Below are positions 49,684 through 59,503 of a stretch of 64,000 nucleotides of DNA, piece by piece. Numbering within the stretch: position 1 is the stretch's first letter; each line of letters starts with the position of its first letter. The notes beneath the pieces are model-generated. The model did no database searches and was not told the origin of the DNA. It saw only the letters and a program-made list of their open reading frames with translations. The translations under genes were made by a program, and so were the position numbers. This stretch comes from an uncultured archaeon (GTDB lineage: Archaea; Thermoplasmatota; Thermoplasmata; Thermoplasmatales; Thermoplasmataceae): assembly GCA_000965745.1 (NCBI GenBank), contig CP009479.1, positions 128,001-192,000 of the forward strand. The letters are read 5' to 3'.

Positions 49684-50567
49684 CTAACAACATCTCCTTC
49701 AATGCTTTCAAGAATGTCCAGGAGCCCTTCCATCTTGGAGTTAAGGGTCGGCAGGAATTCCAGCGAGTTCCGGTCAAGGTCTATCCTGTATGTTGACCGC
49801 TCATTTCCCCTGTGGAATGCGTAAAACGAAGTGACGCTCCCGGAGCTTCTTATCTCCCCAACGTTGAAATTCCTCCTTATTCTTGAGAAAAATTCCTCTT
49901 TCTGCAGTTCACTTGCAAGCCTGACCGAAAGCTTCTCGACGGGGACAAATTCCTGGTGGTCCAGTTTCATCTTGAGCCTGAGGTGGCTCAGTTTCTCCAG
50001 CATGTCCATATCAGCCTCTATCACGGCAGTTGAGGTCCTGTAAATAAGTTCCATCGCGTCCCAGTACCCACCGTGTATGAAATAATTGAAATCCTTCCTG
50101 ACAGTGACCTTCGAGCTGTCCTTGCTGAACGTCAACAGGAATGGTTTCATCCCCTTCTCCTCGTTCTCCTTCATCAGGTTTATAATGTCTTCTGAATGCC
50201 CTGCACTCCCCGGGGACTTGACATCAAGCCTACCGTTTCCTGATGAGCTGAACCCGTAGAGATCGTATCCCATTAATTTCGCAATATCCATCAGCCTGGA
50301 AAATGAGCTCCCCCGGATCTTCAGGAAGTCAAAATCGTCATAAAAATCCTCCCTGAATGTGGCATACTCGCCATGGGTGAGGGAGGACTGAATAAATCTG
50401 TAATTCTTAATGACAGGTATCGACCTGAGATCGAGATACTGCTGCCTGTGGATCTTGCTTATGAAAAACTCGCCAGGCGTACGGACAAGCGTGTATCTAA
50501 CTGTTCTCCCGCGCGAGAGTTTCGGGAGTGATTGCAGTGCAAGTTCCCTGAATTCTTCAAGCTCCAC
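49680..50567 (-). CDS. Uncharacterised protein, divergent homolog of gene A
   Basis: 295 aa ORF; GMKPF..T, TYRIDL..PT..E.L..IE blocks shared with 36816..37913. Confidence 0.78.
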   Translation of the reverse strand: MELEEFRELALQSLPKLSRGRTVRYTLVRTPGEFFISKIHRQQYLDLRSIPVIKNYRFIQSSLTHGEYATFREDFYDDFDFLKIRGSSFSRLMDIAKLMGYDLYGFSSSGNGRLDVKSPGSAGHSEDIINLMKENEEKGMKPFLLTFSKDSSKVTVRKDFNYFIHGGYWDAMELIYRTSTAVIEADMDMLEKLSHLRLKMKLDHQEFVPVEKLSVRLASELQKEEFFSRIRRNFNVGEIRSSGSVTSFYAFHRGNERSTYRIDLDRNSLEFLPTLNSKMEGLLDILESIEGDVVR

Positions 50568-50636
50568 GCCGATATATATGAAATCAAAGTAAAAAGTTTG
50601 GCTCTCATCAGAGATCTGTTCAGGAAGAGAACTGGT

Positions 50637-51041
50637 TCAATGCCATTTCTTCCCGCCGGACGCTATTATGTCCTGTTTCCATATCGGAACTTCAGTCTTT
50701 ATGGTGTCAATCACGTGCCTGCACGCCTTGAATGCATCTCCCCTGTGCTCCGAAGAGACGCATATGACAACCGAATCCTCTGTGAGGGAAAGGTCTCCAA
50801 TCCTGTGGACCACATTTACATCATTCACGCCGAATCTGTCTACAGTGTCCTTAATGATCTGGTTCATTTTCTTCAGGGCCATATCCTCGTACGCTTCATA
50901 ATGCAGCGATACAACTTCTGTATCGCCCGAGAATCTCCTCACGGTTCCCTGGAATGTTACAAGTGCCCCGGAGTCCGCATTCCTGGTCGATTCTATCAGA
51001 TCAGAAAGATCGATCCTTTCCTTCTGTATTCTTGCAAACAT
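50637..51041 (-). CDS. moaE: Molybdopterin synthase catalytic subunit
   Basis: GA.VTFQG.VR, YEAY, HRIG, HRGDAF, K..VPIWK. Confidence 0.95.
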   Translation of the reverse strand: MFARIQKERIDLSDLIESTRNADSGALVTFQGTVRRFSGDTEVVSLHYEAYEDMALKKMNQIIKDTVDRFGVNDVNVVHRIGDLSLTEDSVVICVSSEHRGDAFKACRHVIDTIKTEVPIWKQDIIASGGKKWH

Positions 51042-51196
51042 GAATAATGGCCTCCATTAAGTGGCTGATGCAAGGCAACTCAACCCCTGTTGTGCTGCTG
51101 CACCGGTTTGTGCCTGCTTTATGGTATTGCAACAGGAATATAACACTATTTGTGAGAGCCAAGAAACAGTTTTAACCGGATTGATCATCTGCATTC

Positions 51197-51628
51197 ATGA
51201 TCGACATTTCGGAGAAGAAGGTCCAGGCGAGAACTGCTGTTGCTGAAGGAACTATCAGGCTCAAGAAAGAGACTGTTGATGCCATCAGGGCCAGCACGGT
51301 CAAGAAGGGCGACGTTCTTGAGATCGCCAGGACAGCTGCCATTATGGCATCAAAGTCAACTCCGCAGATAATTCCTTACTGCCACATAATACCCCTTGAG
51401 AAGACCTCAGTGGACTTCGACGTTGCAGATTCCAGCGTAAAGGTGAGATGTGAAGTCGGCTCCTCGTACAAGACGGGCGTTGAGATGGAGGCCCTGACCT
51501 GTGCTTCTGTGGCCCTGCTGACAGTGTGGGACATGGTCAAGTACATAGAGAAGGACGAGACCGGGAACTACCCCCTTACCTCTATCGAGAATGTCCATGT
51601 TGTCTCAAAGGTGAAAAAGGATGCATGA
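51197..51628 (+). CDS. moaC: Cyclic pyranopterin monophosphate synthase
   Basis: MIDISEK, KGDVL, IPYCH, TGVEMEAL, WDMVK. Confidence 0.96.
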   Translation: MIDISEKKVQARTAVAEGTIRLKKETVDAIRASTVKKGDVLEIARTAAIMASKSTPQIIPYCHIIPLEKTSVDFDVADSSVKVRCEVGSSYKTGVEMEALTCASVALLTVWDMVKYIEKDETGNYPLTSIENVHVVSKVKKDA

Positions 51629-52109
51629 GCATAGAATCCCGGGTTTGAAGCCGAGGTTCGCAGTCCTTGTCACAAGCACCACAAGAAGCAGGGAGACGGA
51701 TACCTCAGGGCAGCCACTGATGGAGTTCCTCAAGGGGAAAGGGTACAAAGTCTCTGCCTATGATGTGATAACCGATGACCCTGATGCAATAAAGGCGAAA
51801 GCGCGGGAACTGCTCGAAAAAAGCGATGCACTGGTGATATCAGGAGGAACCGGCATATCGGCCAGTGATTTCACTGTACAGGCCATAAGGGGCATTTCAT
51901 CCAGGGAAATTGATGGTTTTTCCAACATCTTCTCCATGCTGTCCTTCGAGGAAATAGGGACATCGGCAATCATGTCGTCCGCAAGCGCGTTTGTTGTCAG
52001 CAACAAGCCGGTATTCTGCCTGCCCGGATCACCATCCGGAGCAAGGATGGGTGTGGAGAGGATTATCCTGCCCGAAATAGACCATATAATTCACGAACTC
52101 AGCAAGTGA
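51621..52109 (+). CDS. moaB: MoaB/MogA molybdopterin adenylyltransferase-like protein
   Basis: DTSG, SGGTG...D.T, LPGSP. Confidence 0.9.
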   Translation: MHEHRIPGLKPRFAVLVTSTTRSRETDTSGQPLMEFLKGKGYKVSAYDVITDDPDAIKAKARELLEKSDALVISGGTGISASDFTVQAIRGISSREIDGFSNIFSMLSFEEIGTSAIMSSASAFVVSNKPVFCLPGSPSGARMGVERIILPEIDHIIHELSK

Positions 52110-52118
52110 GACGCCGCA

Positions 52119-53363
52119 TCAGCCCTTTATATGCTCTGAAAGGTAGTTCGCAATATCCGTCACGTCCCTGTCCCTGTTGAGATTTGCATAGCAGATCGGG
52201 CAGGCTGTGACCACCCTCCTGCCACGTCCTGCCTCCAGCTGTTCCCTTCTTCGCTCCGACACGCTGTGAGCAAGTTCAGGGTACAGGAGTTCTGAAGGGC
52301 CTCCGCAGCAGAAGTTGTTTTTTCCACTCCTCCTTGGCTTGTGGACATTTCCCGCCAGTGACAGTGTTTTTTCCGGCTCCCTATAAACCGGCTCACGTAG
52401 TGTGAAGTAGCATGGCTCGTGATATTCAATGTCCTCTTCGCCCGGTTCAAACATCTTATTGTCAAGCAGGTCAAGGTAGTAGACGATCTCAAAGTCGAAA
52501 TTCTTGACCACGCCAGGGTAGTTGTTCTTCAGGACATTGTGAGTGTGGGGGTCGATGGTGATTATCCTCCTCACACCCTCGGACCTGAACAGGTCCGCCA
52601 CTGTGTTGGCATACTCCTTGAACTCCTCCATGTAGCCGAGGTCATAAAGAAATGTTCCCGGATAAGGCTCTTTTTCACCCAGATAGTTGAAATCGGCCCC
52701 GGATTTTCTCAGAAGCGCATAGATGTTCCTGAGGGAGTTCTCCATCTCTTCCCTTGTGGTGCGGTCCTGGAACATTCCGGAAAGCTTGATGAACTGCGGG
52801 TGGGACTTGAAGTACCCGGCGATCCTTTCAGCGGCCCGGTTTCCCAGTTTAGCCTTCATGGCGCCCATGGACTTGCTGAAAGGCATAAGCTGGTACATGT
52901 TGCCGGTGTAGAGGAGAGTTTTCGAAGAGCCGTCAAACTCAAGGCCTTCCGACCAGGACGCAGCCTTTTTCCTCAGTCCCAGCGGGTTACCGTACTTCAT
53001 AGTAGAGTTGACAATCATGGTGGCAACGTTCTTCTTCTGTGATTCAAGGGGTGATCCGGTTGCCGTGATGATCTCCTTTGCGATATCGCTCACTTCACCT
53101 GCATTTACACCCGCAGGGCAAACATGAACGCATGCGAAGCAGTCAAGGCATGAGTAGAACGAGTCGGCAACGTTAACCTCCGTAGCACCCTTCTCCTTCA
53201 GGTCCTTGTAAAGCGCCCTGCCCAATAGCACCCTCCCTCTGGCGCCCCTGCTAAGGTCATAGTCCGATGCAGGGAGCGTCGGGCAGACACTTTCACAGAA
53301 ACCGCAGCTGATGCAGTCTTTAGTCGCATTGTCAAGAGATTCCAGAAGTCTAGCATCAATCAT
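52119..53363 (-). CDS. Fe-S oxidoreductase (GlcF-like, CCG domain)
   Basis: CISCGFCESVCP, CLDCFACVHVCP, H.PC, CCGG, TACP.C. Confidence 0.88.
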   Translation of the reverse strand: MIDARLLESLDNATKDCISCGFCESVCPTLPASDYDLSRGARGRVLLGRALYKDLKEKGATEVNVADSFYSCLDCFACVHVCPAGVNAGEVSDIAKEIITATGSPLESQKKNVATMIVNSTMKYGNPLGLRKKAASWSEGLEFDGSSKTLLYTGNMYQLMPFSKSMGAMKAKLGNRAAERIAGYFKSHPQFIKLSGMFQDRTTREEMENSLRNIYALLRKSGADFNYLGEKEPYPGTFLYDLGYMEEFKEYANTVADLFRSEGVRRIITIDPHTHNVLKNNYPGVVKNFDFEIVYYLDLLDNKMFEPGEEDIEYHEPCYFTLREPVYREPEKTLSLAGNVHKPRRSGKNNFCCGGPSELLYPELAHSVSERRREQLEAGRGRRVVTACPICYANLNRDRDVTDIANYLSEHIKG

Positions 53364-53405
53364 GATTCACCCACTCCATTGCATGAGGCATGTATGCAAG
53401 CATTC

Positions 53406-54800
53406 TCATCTCCTCAACAGCTTTCCCCTGTTCAGTATGTCCCCGGGATCGAACACCCTCTTTATCTTCTTCATCAACTCGAGTGTCCCCAGTGAGTGCT
53501 TGCCCTCAAACTCATCTATCAGAAGGTCCATCTTTTCCATTCCTATCCCATGCTCGGCCGATACACTCCCCTGATGCCTGATTGCAATGGCACCGAATTC
53601 TCGCTGGAACTTCTCCACCCGCTCCATCTCGTCTTCGTCTTCAAGATCGGCATATATGTTCGCGTGTATGTTCCCGTCCCCCACGTGCCCAACCAGGCCG
53701 GAGTGTATGCCAAGCTCCTTCATCTTCTCGATGGATTCCTTGAGCGTGTCCGCAAGTTTGCTCGCCGGGACCACAATATCGCCAATTACAACCCTCTGAG
53801 TTGAACGCTCCCTTTCTGTCAGAAGTGAGGCGTATGCCCCCTTCCTCGCCTCATACATGACTTCCATCTCACCACTGTCGGTGGTTGTTGTCACCTCAAT
53901 TGGGCCGAATTTTTTCAGCACGTCAGCGGCTCCCGACAATTCACGCTCAACAGACTCCCTGGTTGAAGCCACATCAATAATAAGCATGTATTCTGCATCC
54001 TGGGGGAACTTCAGCCCCTTGTTCCTGGTGATTGAATTCATTGTCAGCCTGTCAAGGAATTCCGCGATCATTGGCGTTATCCCGAGCCGCTTGAGCTCCG
54101 ATACCGCCTCTCCGACAGACTCTATTGATTTGTAGTATGCCACGGCCCGCCCTTTTGTCTCAGGCAGAGGCCAGATTTTCAGGATTGCCTTTGTTATTAT
54201 TCCCAGGGTACCCTCGGCGCCCACCATCAATGAGGTGAGGTCGTAGCCAGATGTCCTCTTCAGGGTTTTTCCGCCGAACTGCAGTACCTGGCCGTCAGGC
54301 ATGACCACCTCCATTCCAAGTACCCAATTCTTTGTAGTTCCGTACATTGCCGCCCTGAGCCCTCCCGCATTGGTGGACAGGCTTCCGCCTACAGTTGCAG
54401 CCCTTGAACTGGCTGGATCAGGGGGGTAGAAATGCCCGAACTGCTCAAGGTGGTAGTTAAGCTCGTCGAGCCTCACCCCGGGCTCCGCCACCACGTACTT
54501 GTCTTCGACACTAGTCTCAAGAACATGGTCGAACCTGTTCATGCTGATTACTATCCCATTCCCCTTCAGCACCGAGGCTCCGGTGAGGGATGTCCCGCCC
54601 CCTCTTACAACAACGGGCGTTTCAGTCCGGCTGCATACTGCCATGATTTTTGAAACCTCTTCGGCAGTTCCCGGAACTACCACTGCTATTGGCTCATCGC
54701 CTGTGAAATATGATGCGTCTGACAGGAACGGAATTATCTCCTCCTTTGCTGAAAAAACGTGGTTACCTGCAATGCTCCTCAATTCATCTTTTAAGTCCAT
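53406..54800 (-). CDS. FAD-linked 2-hydroxyacid dehydrogenase (GlcD/D-lactate DH family)
   Basis: RGGGTSL.G, PPDPAS, NAGG, GAEGTLG, GH.GDGN.H, AEHG.G, DP..ILN.GK. Confidence 0.92.
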   Translation of the reverse strand: MDLKDELRSIAGNHVFSAKEEIIPFLSDASYFTGDEPIAVVVPGTAEEVSKIMAVCSRTETPVVVRGGGTSLTGASVLKGNGIVISMNRFDHVLETSVEDKYVVAEPGVRLDELNYHLEQFGHFYPPDPASSRAATVGGSLSTNAGGLRAAMYGTTKNWVLGMEVVMPDGQVLQFGGKTLKRTSGYDLTSLMVGAEGTLGIITKAILKIWPLPETKGRAVAYYKSIESVGEAVSELKRLGITPMIAEFLDRLTMNSITRNKGLKFPQDAEYMLIIDVASTRESVERELSGAADVLKKFGPIEVTTTTDSGEMEVMYEARKGAYASLLTERERSTQRVVIGDIVVPASKLADTLKESIEKMKELGIHSGLVGHVGDGNIHANIYADLEDEDEMERVEKFQREFGAIAIRHQGSVSAEHGIGMEKMDLLIDEFEGKHSLGTLELMKKIKRVFDPGDILNRGKLLRR

Positions 54801-54971
54801 CAGGGATTTTACCTCCTCAAAGCTATCAGTCGCCAGCGTGTACAGGAACTCATGATCCTGCTTTCCAGTGCATTGGGCGACGTTTCTAGACGGATAGTAC
54901 TAAACTGTGTTTCCTGATATTAATCTTGACGGTGCCGTTACCAAAATAACTATTTGCACCATAGGGGTAAC

Positions 54972-55616
54972 ATGAGTGATCGTAATATGGCTGCCTCCGG
55001 TATTCAGATAAGAAACAGTGACAAGAGGATGGAGAAGGTTGGAAAAGCATATGAGGAGTTGATCAGCAATCATGAGGATTTCTTTCCCCATAAGTCAACG
55101 TTCATAGACTGTGGAGCTGGCAGTGGCCTTTTCTCGCTTCTGTGCATTTCCGTGCTCAAGGCGGAGAGAGTCTATGCGTATGAAGGGTACTACAGGAATT
55201 TCAGCCTGCTTCTGGACAACATAACCGAAAACTCGGCATTCAATGTAACGGCAGATGATCACCACATAATGGGGGATACTGGAAGGGAATGGCTGAATGT
55301 TGAATCTGGAGTGGTCAACAGTCTTGGAATAGGTGAAAAGATCCTGGTTGAAACCAGGAAACTTGACGATCTGACCCTGCCCGGCGCAGGCTTCATAAAT
55401 ATAGCAGTCCCCGGAGCTGCAAAGGGCATAATCATGGGAGGCCGCCGGAGAATCGGGAAGGAACAGCCTTCAATGATGGTCGAAATAATGTCTGGAAAAG
55501 AAGAGAGGGAGGTAAGGAAGATTGTGGAGGAGCTTGGGCTCGCCCATGAATTCACCGAGACGATTCAGAGGCTGGAGGGGGCCGAAAGCAGGATACTTTT
55601 CTTTTCTGGCAAATAA
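54972..55616 (+). CDS. FkbM-like SAM-dependent methyltransferase (divergent)
   Basis: FIDCGAGSGLFS, VYAYE, LDD, P...VEI. Confidence 0.65.
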   Translation: MSDRNMAASGIQIRNSDKRMEKVGKAYEELISNHEDFFPHKSTFIDCGAGSGLFSLLCISVLKAERVYAYEGYYRNFSLLLDNITENSAFNVTADDHHIMGDTGREWLNVESGVVNSLGIGEKILVETRKLDDLTLPGAGFINIAVPGAAKGIIMGGRRRIGKEQPSMMVEIMSGKEEREVRKIVEELGLAHEFTETIQRLEGAESRILFFSGK

Positions 55617-55674
55617 CAGATTTTCATCCTCAGATCGTTGACATTAATCTACTAGATTATAATTGGGTATAAGC

Positions 55675-56115
55675 ATGATAATGGACGAAGAGATGCTCTT
55701 TGATTTCATGTCCCAGTACAAGGTGATCGGGGAGATCGCCTTCGGCGGGACAGGCACACGGGAGGAGGACATACTTGTAGGGTATATCTACGGAGTTCTG
55801 TCGTCGAATCCCGGCAGTACACTTGAAAAAGCGGAAGTAGACTACGAAATGTTTTCCTTCGGCGGATACAAATATATCGTGTGGATGGACGAGATAGACC
55901 ACGAGGATGAAGATGATGAGGCTGAGGAGCCTTTAGAGCCTGTTGAAGAGAATCCATTGGTGAGAATTGAACAGGTCAGAGGTTCTATTGACGATTTTAC
56001 TGACGAAGACCTTGAGGACTTCATGGAAAATGTTGATGATGATCTTTTCCCGGTTGCCGTGGAAGGGCCGCTCTCATCAGATGAAGTAAAGGAAAAATTT
56101 GGGGATGAGTTCTAG
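55675..56115 (+). CDS. Highly acidic hypothetical protein
   Basis: D/E-rich ORF with YKYIVW and FPVAVEGP. Confidence 0.7.
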   Translation: MIMDEEMLFDFMSQYKVIGEIAFGGTGTREEDILVGYIYGVLSSNPGSTLEKAEVDYEMFSFGGYKYIVWMDEIDHEDEDDEAEEPLEPVEENPLVRIEQVRGSIDDFTDEDLEDFMENVDDDLFPVAVEGPLSSDEVKEKFGDEF

Positions 56116-56119
56116 AAAA

Positions 56120-56458
56120 TTATGATTTCCTGAATTCAGCTATTGCGTTTTCAAGGATGATCATGTGCATTGCCGCCGGGCCTCCGCCAAGTGCGGTAGC
56201 AACATAGCCGGATTCACGCAGTTCCTTTTCGGTTGCCTCAGCCTCGAGCGCCTGCCTTACATGATAAACAATGCACCACTCGCACTGCTGGACTATCGAT
56301 ACTGCAACCGCCATAAGTTCCTTGTTTTTCTGGGATATGGCGTCCCCCTTGAACATCTCCTGGTTGAAGGCCATGAATTTCTCGTTGTAGGAGGGCATGT
56401 GGGTTCCCATGTCCTGGAACTGTTTCCCGATCTCCTGCATTCTTTGAGTCGCTGTCAC
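56120..56458 (-). CDS. AhpD/carboxymuconolactone decarboxylase family protein
   Basis: K.KELMAVA.S....CEWCI.YH, GG.A. Confidence 0.9.
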   Translation of the reverse strand: MTATQRMQEIGKQFQDMGTHMPSYNEKFMAFNQEMFKGDAISQKNKELMAVAVSIVQQCEWCIVYHVRQALEAEATEKELRESGYVATALGGGPAAMHMIILENAIAEFRKS

Positions 56459-56469
56459 TATTATTCCTC

Positions 56470-57084
56470 CTAAGCCTTAGCCCTCTTGAGGTACCATCTC
56501 TCGGCACCCTCTTCCTTCTCCCTGACCAGTGCTGCCTCGAAGGTGTTAGGCGCACCGACGATTCCCTTGTCTCCGGGTTCCCAGTTCACGGGAGTTGCGA
56601 GCTTGCTGTCCCAGTTGAACTGGAACGCCTTGATCACCCTTATGATCTCGTTGATGTTCCTCCCGATCTCAGCGGGATAGTAGATCATCCATCTCACTGT
56701 CTGGTTCGGGTCTATTATGAAGACGCCCCTGACTGTGACACCGCTCTTTGGATCGTACAGGTTGTACGCGTCCGCCACTTCCTTCTCTATGTCTGCTATT
56801 ACCGGGAAGGGTATCTCTACACCGTACTTCTCCTTGATGTCCTTGAGCCAGGCGATGTGCGAGTATATGCTGTCAACACTCAGTCCGATGAGTTCTACTC
56901 CGAGCTTCCTGAATTCATCGTACCTCTCAGCAAATCCCATGAATTCTGTCGTGCACACGGGCGTGAAGTCCGCCGGGTGTGAGAAGAGAAGTACCCACTT
57001 TCCCTTGAGGTCCGAGAACGTCATTGGCCCTTTGGTCGTATTTACGGTAAAATCCGGTGCTTTCATTCCTAGATAGACTGCCAT
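56470..57084 (-). CDS. Peroxiredoxin (Prx6-type, single Cys)
   Basis: FSHPADFTPVCTTE, GRN..EI.R, TP.NW. Start trimmed to MAVYLG. Confidence 0.95.
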   Translation of the reverse strand: MAVYLGMKAPDFTVNTTKGPMTFSDLKGKWVLLFSHPADFTPVCTTEFMGFAERYDEFRKLGVELIGLSVDSIYSHIAWLKDIKEKYGVEIPFPVIADIEKEVADAYNLYDPKSGVTVRGVFIIDPNQTVRWMIYYPAEIGRNINEIIRVIKAFQFNWDSKLATPVNWEPGDKGIVGAPNTFEAALVREKEEGAERWYLKRAKA

Positions 57085-57133
57085 TATTATCTCCTGCATA
57101 GAGGATACCGGCATTGGGTTAGACAGTTGGCAC

Positions 57134-57152
57134 GTGTGCATTATTTGCACAC
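57134..57152. promoter_or_regulatory. Perfect 7-5-7 inverted repeat upstream of the peroxiredoxin (candidate operator)
   Basis: GTGTGCA-TTATT-TGCACAC. Confidence 0.5.
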
Positions 57153-57182
57153 ATAGCAAATAATAAATGAGAGGAGATCAGG

Positions 57183-57410
57183 TCACTTCAATTTGACACA
57201 GTAGAACCTTTTTCTTGTGTCGGATAAGCAAATCCTTGTCTCTATGAAATCCATCTCTCCGAGAATTTTCAGTGCATACATAAGGGCCCTTCTTGAAAGA
57301 CCGGATTCGTTCTTCAGCCTGTTGAGGTCGCATATCTTCACTTCCTGAAGAATCCTCAAAACGAGCTTGGCTGAAGGGGGCATCTCCCTTATGGCCTCTA
57401 GCGATTCCAT
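57183..57410 (-). CDS. Small winged-helix regulator
   Basis: PPSAKLV, SGLSRR...YALK.L, D.RKRFY. Confidence 0.85.
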   Translation of the reverse strand: MESLEAIREMPPSAKLVLRILQEVKICDLNRLKNESGLSRRALMYALKILGEMDFIETRICLSDTRKRFYCVKLK

Positions 57411-57563
57411 GGATCAAAAGTGTATAGATAAATTTAAATCATTCGTAAGGACGATAAATACAACATGAGATGAGATGAAACCGGAAACATCAAAATATCT
57501 GTGTTTCTGTCACGAGAGCTACGTCATAAACCTTATTTATTCTCTTTCATTTGTTATGACCAG

Positions 57564-58541
57564 ATGTCTTCGCTCCTTGATAATTATGGTAGGCCGGTAA
57601 AGAGCATGAGGGTTCAGGTGAATACCACGTGCAACTTCAAGTGCTTTTTCTGCCACATGGAGGGGACAGGCGTACATTCAGCATCCATGTCCCCAGAAGA
57701 GATAGAAAAAGTAGTCAAGGTGGCGTCAAAATGGGGCGTAAACAAAATAAAATTCACTGGCGGCGAGCCCACATTAAGAAGCGATATTGTTGAAATCGTT
57801 GAAAGAACCAGGAAGCACATTTCCGGAAACATTTCAATGACAACCAATGGGGTTATGCTGCCCAAGCTGGCAGAGAGGCTCAAGAAAGCAGGCCTTGATC
57901 GCGTTAACATATCAATGCACTCAATCGACAGGGAGGGATTTGAGTTCATAACAGGAACCGATTTTCTCGACAAGGTCATAGAAGGGATCAGGGCTGCAAA
58001 GAAAGCCGGCCTCTTTCCGATAAAGATCAATTTTGTTGTCCTGAAGGATGTAAACATTGACCAGATACCGAAGATGATAGAGCTAGCTGCAAAAGAGGAT
58101 GTGATCCTTCAGCTCATTGAGTTTGAGACAACACGGGAAGGGGAAGATTCCGATGAGTTCCTCAAGTACCACATGCCGCTGGAAGGCATAGAAAGAGAGG
58201 TGTCAAAGTCCTCTTTCAAGGTGGTGAAGAATGAGCTGCACAACAGGCCAAAATACTCAATGGAAACTGAAGACGGCATCGCCGAGGTGGAATTTGTAAA
58301 GCCCATGAGGAACGCAGATTTCTGCAGCCACTGCACAAGGATGAGGCTTACGTCCACGGGCCTGCTTAAGCCATGCCTCATGAGGGATGACAATTACACC
58401 AACATGATCGCCGGGATCAGGAACAGGAAAGATGATGGCTACCTTGATGATGTATTCATAAAAGCAGTCAAGAAGCGGGAACCATACTGGAAGCCGGAGG
58501 ATGAAATTGAAGGTAAAGATAAGATACTTCGCACTGTATAG
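57564..58541 (+). CDS. moaA: GTP 3',8-cyclase
   Basis: [34 protein letters not shown]. Confidence 0.96.
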   Translation: MSSLLDNYGRPVKSMRVQVNTTCNFKCFFCHMEGTGVHSASMSPEEIEKVVKVASKWGVNKIKFTGGEPTLRSDIVEIVERTRKHISGNISMTTNGVMLPKLAERLKKAGLDRVNISMHSIDREGFEFITGTDFLDKVIEGIRAAKKAGLFPIKINFVVLKDVNIDQIPKMIELAAKEDVILQLIEFETTREGEDSDEFLKYHMPLEGIEREVSKSSFKVVKNELHNRPKYSMETEDGIAEVEFVKPMRNADFCSHCTRMRLTSTGLLKPCLMRDDNYTNMIAGIRNRKDDGYLDDVFIKAVKKREPYWKPEDEIEGKDKILRTV

Positions 58542-58752
58542 AGACCTTTCAGGAAAGTCTGATGAGACAATGGACCTGAAAGACGGTTCAACCCTTGATT
58601 CACTCCTTGATGAGGTCAGGGAGTCTCACCCGATATTCAGAAAGCAGTCCGGGGAGTTCCTTCTGGCAGTCAATGAAGAGTATGCGGCGCCTGAGACTGT
58701 CCTGAAAGACGGTGATGAAGTTGCTATTTTCCCGAACGTAAGCGGGGGATAG
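58501..58752 (+). CDS. moaD: Molybdopterin synthase sulfur carrier
   Basis: YFA, AVNEEY, GDEVA.FP.VSGG terminus. Confidence 0.93.
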   Translation: MKLKVKIRYFALYRDLSGKSDETMDLKDGSTLDSLLDEVRESHPIFRKQSGEFLLAVNEEYAAPETVLKDGDEVAIFPNVSGG

Positions 58753-58756
58753 GCGG

Positions 58757-59308
58757 TTATTTTTTCAGTATCTTCAGGCTCTCGAGGTCCTCCTTGTAGT
58801 TTATGTTAAAGAAGGAGTTCTCGTATACTGCCCCAATGAGGACAGTGTCGTGCCTGCAGGACCTTATCAGTCCCCTCAGGCTTTTGCACCCGGATTCCCT
58901 GTATTCCCCGAGAGCCGCAGCCATTGTTGAATTGTAAATTCCATGCAGAGGCTCGATCCGCCCGTCTGAATGCACCGGGAACAGCGGATAGCCCCTGTAC
59001 ATTGAGAGCATCTCCCTTATGAAGTCCCGGCTGATCAGCGGCATGTCACCCGCCGCCACAAACACTTCCCCGAATGATTCCAGCAATGAGGCTATTGAAT
59101 CCAGTGCCGTACCCGAAGCGGTGTCGCGAAGTATCCGTGCCCCCTCAGCTTTTACATCTGGGTCCTTCGTGAAGACCACAACGTCATCAAAAGTGCCAGC
59201 GGCGAGAAGGGCACTCACTACGGTGCCGATAAGTGTGCCCCCGTCAATCCTGCACATATGCTTTCCGGGAAAACGCCCACTCCTCTTGGCAAGTACTGCA
59301 GCGATCAT
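58757..59308 (-). CDS. mobA: Molybdenum cofactor guanylyltransferase-like protein
   Basis: S.RFPGK, GDMP, EPLHG.Y, FFNIN..EDL. Confidence 0.85.
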   Translation of the reverse strand: MIAAVLAKRSGRFPGKHMCRIDGGTLIGTVVSALLAAGTFDDVVVFTKDPDVKAEGARILRDTASGTALDSIASLLESFGEVFVAAGDMPLISRDFIREMLSMYRGYPLFPVHSDGRIEPLHGIYNSTMAAALGEYRESGCKSLRGLIRSCRHDTVLIGAVYENSFFNINYKEDLESLKILKK

Positions 59309-59503
59309 ACCCAAACCACGACTGAAAAATATCTCAAAAAGGTATTTGAAATGATGCAATCATTGGAAATGGTGAGATATCCGGTGTGGATAACCCATTG
59401 AAAAATTCAGTGTTGCTGAAAGCATCAGGCAGGGAGAAAAGTTTATTTTAGCACTCGCCGAATAGCACCAGGTGAGGCAGTATGATGAAGAGAGGGGGTT
59501 GCC

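Noticed and set aside
55900-56045. GAT/GAG-rich low-complexity stretch
   Set aside because: It encodes the acidic tract of a protein; it is not a DNA repeat array.
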